From the NCBI GenBank assembly GCA_910584085.1, contig CAJTZY010000001.1, positions 51,830 through 115,829 of the forward strand: a DNA stretch of 64,000 nucleotides, read 5' to 3'. Every line of letters starts with the position of its first letter. The first letter of the stretch is position 1. Made by a program: the position numbers and the translations under genes. A model generated the notes under the pieces. That model ran no database searches and had not been told where the DNA came from. It saw only the letters and a list, made by a program, of their open reading frames with translations. This stretch comes from an uncultured Bacilli bacterium (GTDB taxonomy: Bacteria > Bacillota_I > Bacilli_A > RF39 > UBA660). Of the stretch, positions 57,641 through 64,000 are shown piece after piece.

Positions 57641-60600
57641 ATGAAAGAACAAATAAATAATATAGTATATAATAAAAGTAAATTAATAAGAATTTTAATA
57701 TTTACATTAATATTTATAATTGGTTTTACAGGAATGTCCGTGAGTGATGTTAACGCATGTACAGGTGTTGATTGTAGTTCAGGTGGTGTAGGTGATGATA
57801 AAAAACCAACACCGCCACCAGATTCCAATCCAGGTACTGGGACGACTTGCTGTGAAAGTACTTGTATAGATGGAAAACTAGTGATTACTTATGATGGTGG
57901 ATGTTGCTCTTCTAGTGATAGTTACTCTAGTAGGCATGAATCTGGTTCTTTTACTAGGAGTGGATATCGTTTTACTGTTCAATGTAAAAATAAAAATAGT
58001 AAAGTAAATGGACGTCAAAAAACTGTAATGAATGAAGATTTTTATTATAATGATCCTTATCGTTTAGCTAGTATGTCATGGAATAATATTAGATTTTATT
58101 ACATAAATGATCAAGTAGTCCGTTATTTGCTTGGTGTAGGAAATGATGAAGAACTTAATGATTATATAGATTGTGCAATTTTAGCCGAACCTAGATTTAC
58201 GTTAAAATTACCATATAATGAGACAACAACACACAAAGTTTGTGGCGAAGATGACCATGAAAGAACATATGTTGATCTTGATGGAACATCAACAAAAGAA
58301 CCTAAATATGATAATACTAAATATTCTATAAAAGAATTTTTTCCATATGTTGATGCCTATGCAACCTTATATGCTAAGTATGGATATAGTGATGATGGTG
58401 TTGTACATTCTAGTGCTTGGAATTCAAACATCATATATAGTAACTATCTTGATTATGGGACTTCGCCAATTTATGATAAAAATAGTGTAGTAAATGAAAA
58501 TAAAATGAGAATATATAATTATTTGACTACTACTTTGACATATGGTACTTCTAATAAAGAGTGTTATAATTTGACTAAGGAACCACCTAAAGAATGTTTT
58601 GATAAAAATTATAAGATCACTAATTGGTTATCTACAGATTACTATCATGGTTGGATTTTACTTAAAGATATTATTAACACTGAGAGAATAATTATACAAA
58701 AAGAATCTGTATATCCTGATTCCCTACCTTCAACCTCTTCAGGTTCACTTCCAAAGCAAAGTTTGAGTGGCGCACAATTTATTTTAAAGAAAAAAATAAA
58801 AGATGGCGTATATGAAGAAGTAAAAGTTGATGAAGATAATGATTGGGTGGAAAAAGCTGATGATGGTAATTGGTATAAAATTGGAAAAAATAAAGAGAAG
58901 GCTAATGGAAAAGTTAGTACATATACAGTAACAACTGATGGTTCTGGACTCGCTTCATTTATAATTAGGGAAATAGGTACATATAAGGTTGAAGAAACAG
59001 TGCCATTAAAGGATCATATTATAACCGATGCTGAAAAGAACAAACTGAAAAATCGTGAGTTTATAATTGATAAACTTGTTATTACAAATAAGCATAAAGT
59101 AACTGTAACAAATACTTATGGTAAAAAAACGGTTATAGAGAAAAGAGATAAGGATACAAAACAACTAATTGAGACGGGTAAAGCTACATTTGATATTTAT
59201 AGTGATTCTAACTGTAGTAATTATATGAGTAGTGTATCAACAAATAAAGGGAAAGCAGAAATAATAATTCCTCCTGCCGGAACTATTTATATAAAAGAAA
59301 GAGTTGCTCCTACGGGATATAAAGTTAATGATACATGTATAAAAGCTAATTCAGAAACAACTGTTGTATATGACGAAAGTGATTGTATGCAAATATGTAA
59401 TTCAGTAGTTAATGGAACAATGGATGATAGAATATGGGCGTATAGATTTTTTAGTAACTCAATTTCAACAGCAAAAAATTATAATAAATTTTTAGATTTA
59501 AATAATAAAGATTGTACAGATATATGTAAAGGTCCTAAAAACTGTGGTACTTCAACAAACAATGTACAAACTAATTGTCTTAGTGGAACATATGACTATA
59601 ATAAAGTTTCAGGATTTTCACCAACTGATTTATCTTGTTATAATACTGTTTATACGACAAGTTCAGGAGCTACAGCGTACTGTTTAGTAGCATTTAAACT
59701 TGATAATAATTTAGGCGCTTCAACTTGGAATGTAAAATCAGGTATGATGCCAATACAAAAACTAAATATAAGTGATGCGGTTGCTACTACTGGGACATTA
59801 ACTAGAATGTGTTATAAGTATTCAACTTCTTCTAATGAGATGAGTGGTGAAAAACCAACTTATTATGATTCAAATAGGGGTGAATTAAAGGATAACTATA
59901 GTGATTATATTGATACTATTATCTTTGATGGAAAACAGTTACAATTAGCTGATGACGTTAATGAGACTATGAGTAATACAAGTACTTGGTACTCATATAA
60001 GGGCATAGCGAAGTATAATTTAAATCCACTATATGCTAAAATAGGTGAAGGAAAAATTAGTTATACTAAACAGGATCAATATAAATTTATTGGATATGGT
60101 GTAGTAAGTAAATTTGGGGCTAAAACACAATATACAATACCATTTACTGTAAATTTCAAAGGTAATTTCCCTGTAAAAGTAAGTAATGAACAAAAAACTT
60201 CAAATAAATGTACAGTAAAACCTACTCAACAAGTTGTAATAGATACAGATAAATTACAAATGGAATTTAGAATTATCGATACAAGTAATCCATTCCCAGG
60301 AAAAACGGGAGTAGGTAGAAAAATAGGTTTAAATTGGCAATCTAAGGTTAATTTAGACTTAGATAATGATGGAGTTCAAAATACAAATGACGATATTAAT
60401 GTGTTAAAAGAGAAGATTGAAAGTGGTGGAATAAAGAGTGTAGAAGATTTCAAATATGATGTATATCCTGATGGTAAACTTGATGATAAGGATGTACAAT
60501 ATATGGAATGGGTAAAAAATGACTGGAAGAACAGTGAATATTATAAAGATGATAGTTATGATAAAACCCTTATGGCGTTTGTTATGAGTACAACTAATAA

Positions 60601-60781
60601 TAGTTATAATAAAAGTAAAAAGGAACCAAAATATACATTTAAATTAACTCCAGATATAATAGAAAAAATTAGAAAATATAATGAAGGTAAAACATATGAT
60701 GATTTTAATTTAAAATGTGATGAAGATGGTAATTGTAAAAATAGTGTTTTCTTTAATACTGTAGGATTAAAACTTAATTAG
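57641..60781 (+). CDS. Large secreted Cys-rich protein with Cna-B/SpaA-type Ig-like domains and a dockerin-like Ca-binding repeat pair
   Basis: Signal peptide: ...GFTGMSVSDVNA/C. Two prealbumin-like domain signatures: LSGAQFILKKK...YKVEETVPLKDH and ATFDIYSD...IYIKERVAPTGYKV. The C-terminal NLDLDNDGVQNTNDDINVL and YDVYPDGKLDDKDVQYM resemble the two dockerin EF-hand-like segments. No LPXTG motif. Confidence 0.7.
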   Translation: MKEQINNIVYNKSKLIRILIFTLIFIIGFTGMSVSDVNACTGVDCSSGGVGDDKKPTPPPDSNPGTGTTCCESTCIDGKLVITYDGGCCSSSDSYSSRHESGSFTRSGYRFTVQCKNKNSKVNGRQKTVMNEDFYYNDPYRLASMSWNNIRFYYINDQVVRYLLGVGNDEELNDYIDCAILAEPRFTLKLPYNETTTHKVCGEDDHERTYVDLDGTSTKEPKYDNTKYSIKEFFPYVDAYATLYAKYGYSDDGVVHSSAWNSNIIYSNYLDYGTSPIYDKNSVVNENKMRIYNYLTTTLTYGTSNKECYNLTKEPPKECFDKNYKITNWLSTDYYHGWILLKDIINTERIIIQKESVYPDSLPSTSSGSLPKQSLSGAQFILKKKIKDGVYEEVKVDEDNDWVEKADDGNWYKIGKNKEKANGKVSTYTVTTDGSGLASFIIREIGTYKVEETVPLKDHIITDAEKNKLKNREFIIDKLVITNKHKVTVTNTYGKKTVIEKRDKDTKQLIETGKATFDIYSDSNCSNYMSSVSTNKGKAEIIIPPAGTIYIKERVAPTGYKVNDTCIKANSETTVVYDESDCMQICNSVVNGTMDDRIWAYRFFSNSISTAKNYNKFLDLNNKDCTDICKGPKNCGTSTNNVQTNCLSGTYDYNKVSGFSPTDLSCYNTVYTTSSGATAYCLVAFKLDNNLGASTWNVKSGMMPIQKLNISDAVATTGTLTRMCYKYSTSSNEMSGEKPTYYDSNRGELKDNYSDYIDTIIFDGKQLQLADDVNETMSNTSTWYSYKGIAKYNLNPLYAKIGEGKISYTKQDQYKFIGYGVVSKFGAKTQYTIPFTVNFKGNFPVKVSNEQKTSNKCTVKPTQQVVIDTDKLQMEFRIIDTSNPFPGKTGVGRKIGLNWQSKVNLDLDNDGVQNTNDDINVLKEKIESGGIKSVEDFKYDVYPDGKLDDKDVQYMEWVKNDWKNSEYYKDDSYDKTLMAFVMSTTNNSYNKSKKEPKYTFKLTPDIIEKIRKYNEGKTYDDFNLKCDEDGNCKNSVFFNTVGLKLN

Positions 60782-60796
60782 ATTGGAGGAATTTCT

Positions 60797-62452
60797 ATGA
60801 ATAATAATATGAATGATTTGGTATCAACAGGTGATACCCCTAAGACTTTCAATAATGAAAAAAAGTTGGGATTTAAACTTCTGATAAGTATTTTAATTAT
60901 TTTAACTCTAGTTATTTTAGGAATACTATTAATAAATGGTTCAAATAATAATGACATAGATACTAATATTGACACTGCTTTTTTTATAAAAGGTGATAAT
61001 AGTGAGCATGCGCTATTTAATATAAATGGTGAAAGGTTAACAGATTTTATTTATAAAAAAGTTTGGGATTTTTATCAGGGATCAGCTCTCGTTTTAGACA
61101 ATAATAATAAATATGGTATTATTTCTACTACAGGAGAAATTTTAGTGGATTTTGAAAATTATGACACAGTAGAGGATAGTGATTCATTTTTTACAGCAAA
61201 AAAATCTAATCAACAATATATATTAAATAGACAAGGTAAAGTAGTACTTGATTTAAAAAATAAAAGTATGGATGATGTAAATATATCCGGTAGTCATATT
61301 ATATTAGATTTAGGTAAACAAGTTCAAATTATAAATAATGATGGTAAAGTTATATTGGGAATTTCAAAGAAATCGAGTAATGAAAAAGTTGAGACTAAAG
61401 TTTATGAATATAAAGATGGAGACATTGAATTTAGCTATTTAACAATTTTTTACAATAATAAGAATTATGTTTTGATAGATAAAAATCAAAATACTAAGCT
61501 TATAGGTAATTTTGATGGTAAGGAATATTGCATTAAGGTAAGTACAGATGATGGAAATAAAGTTATTATGGCTGAATGTGAAAATGCCACTAGTAATTTT
61601 AAAGGAATATACAATAATAAAATATATAATGTTGATGAAAACTGTATTGCTTTTTCAAAAATTAATCATAATGATTTAACATGTATAGGTAATGATGGAC
61701 ATGAATACTTATTAAATGATAATTATAATATAGGCATGGATCTATCTAAATCAGTATATAAAAATAAAAATGCGTATGCGGTTAGGAATGAAAAAGGTGG
61801 AGTAGATTTTCATTATAATGGAAAAGTAAAAACAGTAAATGATATTAGCCTTCTGTTCCCAAGAGAAATACGAGTTAATTCCTATGATGATGTTTACAAA
61901 AGTTTTGAACAAGACTTAGAAAATAACTATAAAATATCAATTATTGATAAAGAAAATAATACTAATAAAATGGTACTATATAATTTAAAGGGAGAACGAT
62001 TAAAAAGTTTATATTCAAACGATAAAAATGGTAATTATATAGTTGTAGAGAATAATCTTTATTATTTATACAATGAAGAAAATCAAAAAATAACAGATGG
62101 CTATTATACAATATTATTTGAATCTAGTTTTTACAAAGCAACAAAGAGAACAAATGGATTAAATTATAAATATGGTGTTCTTGATAAGGATGGAAAACTT
62201 ATTGTCCCTTGTGAATATAGCTCAATAAATATTTCTAAAAAATCAAACATTAATATTGCAACTTTAATAAATGAGGATATAATAACATTATATAATTTAA
62301 ATGAAAATAAAAAAATAATAACAATAGATATAAAAGATTATATTAGTTTTGATATTGCTAATGATAAATATATTTCATTAACAGATAACAACAGAAAAAC
62401 AAAATATTACTCTTATTTAACAGGTAATTTATTTTATGAGACGCAAGGGTAA
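60797..62452 (+). CDS. Membrane-anchored WG-repeat (KWG-like) protein
   Basis: TM helix LLISILIILTLVILGILLI. Repeats of the type YGIISTTGEILVDFENYD and YGVLDKDGKLIVPCEYSSI. Confidence 0.7.
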   Translation: MNNNMNDLVSTGDTPKTFNNEKKLGFKLLISILIILTLVILGILLINGSNNNDIDTNIDTAFFIKGDNSEHALFNINGERLTDFIYKKVWDFYQGSALVLDNNNKYGIISTTGEILVDFENYDTVEDSDSFFTAKKSNQQYILNRQGKVVLDLKNKSMDDVNISGSHIILDLGKQVQIINNDGKVILGISKKSSNEKVETKVYEYKDGDIEFSYLTIFYNNKNYVLIDKNQNTKLIGNFDGKEYCIKVSTDDGNKVIMAECENATSNFKGIYNNKIYNVDENCIAFSKINHNDLTCIGNDGHEYLLNDNYNIGMDLSKSVYKNKNAYAVRNEKGGVDFHYNGKVKTVNDISLLFPREIRVNSYDDVYKSFEQDLENNYKISIIDKENNTNKMVLYNLKGERLKSLYSNDKNGNYIVVENNLYYLYNEENQKITDGYYTILFESSFYKATKRTNGLNYKYGVLDKDGKLIVPCEYSSINISKKSNINIATLINEDIITLYNLNENKKIITIDIKDYISFDIANDKYISLTDNNRKTKYYSYLTGNLFYETQG

Positions 62453-62621
62453 AATTAACTAGAATATCAACTTTCTATTGTATGTAGTATTATTATCAAA
62501 TAAAAAAATGAAAAGTAAAACTTTCATTTTTTTCATTTTTAAGCGTATTTTTATAAAGAATGTATAAGTTGAAAAAAATAATAAAATATGTTACAATTAT
62601 TTAGTTAAGAAGGTGTTAAAT

Positions 62622-64000
62622 ATGATTCAAACCTTAAAGAAGTGTTTAATTAGATTTAAAAAATATTTGAAGACTAATATATTAGTGGTAACTTTTATAA
62701 TAACATCATTAATAAATGGATATTTAATTAGATTTTTTACGGTAGCAAACTATTTCGCTATTAAACCTATTTTAGCTGATATAGTAGTATTGCTTATAAT
62801 AACCGCATTTGGTTACTTTTTTAAACCAAAAAATCAATTTAAATACTTTTTTACGTGGAGTATAATATTATCCGCTATCTGCATAATAAATACAATATAT
62901 TATAGTAATTATATATCTTATGCATCAGTTTCACTCATTAAAACAGCAACAGAACTTGGATCATATAAGGGTGCAGTTGAAAGTGTATTTGAACCAAAAG
63001 ATTTAGTATATTTATGGCAATTGTTTACACTTATATTTGTTCACATACAATTAAAAAGAAAAAAATATTATGATAAAGTAAGACAAGTGGAAAATGGAAA
63101 AGTTAGATTTTTAAACACTGTAGTGTTTTCTTTAATCACACTTGGATTTTTTATTTCAATGTTAACATCTACTGATATAGGTAGATTAAATAAACAATGG
63201 AATAGAAACTATATAGTTATGGAATTTGGCATATACACATATCAAATAAATGATATATTTACATCAGTAAAGACATCAGTAAATGAAATGTTTGGATATG
63301 ATGAGGCATATAAAACGTTTAGAGAATATTATGAAAGTGAAGATGTAAAAGTAGAACATCAAAATAATGATTATACAAATCTTTTTAAAGGAAAAAATGT
63401 TATAGCAATTCATGGAGAAAGCTTACAATCATTTACAATGAATTTAAAATTTAATGGAGAAGAATTAACCCCTAATTTAAATAAATTAGCGCATGAGGGA
63501 ATTAATTTTTCTAACTTTTATGCACAGGAAAGTGTAGGAAATAGTAGTGATAGTGAGTTTACTTCTTTAACTTCACAACTTCCATCAAGTAGCGGCACAG
63601 TATTCATGAATTATTTTAATAGAGATTATGAAACTATATTAAAACTATTAAAAAATGAGAATTATCACACATTTAGTATGCATGGAAACAATGGAAGTGC
63701 TTGGAACAGAAATATAACTTATAACTATTTAGGCTATGATGAATTCTATTATCACACTAAAGATTATGTTATAGATGAAGAAATTGGATTTGGATTATCT
63801 GATAAATCATTTTTTAGACAATCTATAGAAAAAATCAAAGACATAGATTCAAAATATAGCAATTGGTATGGAACACTTATAATGCTTTCAAATCATACTC
63901 CATTTGAAATAGGCGATAATACTGATTATTCTGTAGATTATATACATGAAGAAATTAATCCGGAAACCGAAGAAGTAGAAAAAGTAGTGGAAGAATGGCT
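62622..64000 (+). CDS. LTA synthase (LtaS) / sulfatase-family membrane protein, 3' partial
   Basis: N-terminal multi-TM region followed by a sulfatase-type domain (VIAIHGESLQSF, ESVGNSSDSEFT, LSNHTPF). Not in the ORF track because the frame runs off the window end. Confidence 0.8.
   Translation, partial: MIQTLKKCLIRFKKYLKTNILVVTFIITSLINGYLIRFFTVANYFAIKPILADIVVLLIITAFGYFFKPKNQFKYFFTWSIILSAICIINTIYYSNYISYASVSLIKTATELGSYKGAVESVFEPKDLVYLWQLFTLIFVHIQLKRKKYYDKVRQVENGKVRFLNTVVFSLITLGFFISMLTSTDIGRLNKQWNRNYIVMEFGIYTYQINDIFTSVKTSVNEMFGYDEAYKTFREYYESEDVKVEHQNNDYTNLFKGKNVIAIHGESLQSFTMNLKFNGEELTPNLNKLAHEGINFSNFYAQESVGNSSDSEFTSLTSQLPSSSGTVFMNYFNRDYETILKLLKNENYHTFSMHGNNGSAWNRNITYNYLGYDEFYYHTKDYVIDEEIGFGLSDKSFFRQSIEKIKDIDSKYSNWYGTLIMLSNHTPFEIGDNTDYSVDYIHEEINPETEEVEKVVEEW

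Overview
The window is very AT-rich (about 25-30% G+C by eye) and uses the standard genetic code. It looks like a low-GC Firmicutes chromosome segment from a sporulating Clostridia- or Erysipelotrichia-like organism.

Core region (about 47.8-64 kb): dxs, pyk, a spoIVFA-like gene and spoIVFB followed by rplU-prp-rpmA with an L21-leader-like 5' UTR, an SDR, a prepilin-type protein, tmk, a large secreted Cna-B/dockerin-like protein, a WG-repeat protein, and a 3'-truncated LtaS-family gene.

Accessory region (about 0.6-47.7 kb): mosaic DNA. The main structural signal is downstream of tRNA-Gly(GCC) at 12223-12296. Diverged, same-orientation copies of the tRNA 3' end and its terminator flank recur at about 19.9, 22.4, 26.4, 27.4 and 30.5 kb, with weaker copies at about 15.7 and 29.6 kb. 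These copies split about 18 kb into small, functionally unrelated cassettes. I found no integrase.

Cassettes and neighbouring modules that I cannot assign to a described system:
- A Prs-like pyrophosphokinase, a Nudix-adenine phosphoribosyltransferase fusion, and a divergent HTH/P-loop/CYTH protein.
- A LysR-linked three-gene unit: a zinc-ribbon protein, an FtsK/HerA-like ATPase, and a Cys-rich repeat protein.
- A ClpX-like unfoldase (GYVG and IGF loops kept, zinc finger replaced) with small coupled ORFs and a transglutaminase-like protein.
- A DUF3800-like gene with an overlapping partner.
- An HEXXH protein with a small coupled ORF.
- A LysR-linked RelA/SpoT-type HD hydrolase.

I saw no CRISPR array, rRNA, transposase or recombinase. 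All family calls rest on motifs read by eye. No database search was run.
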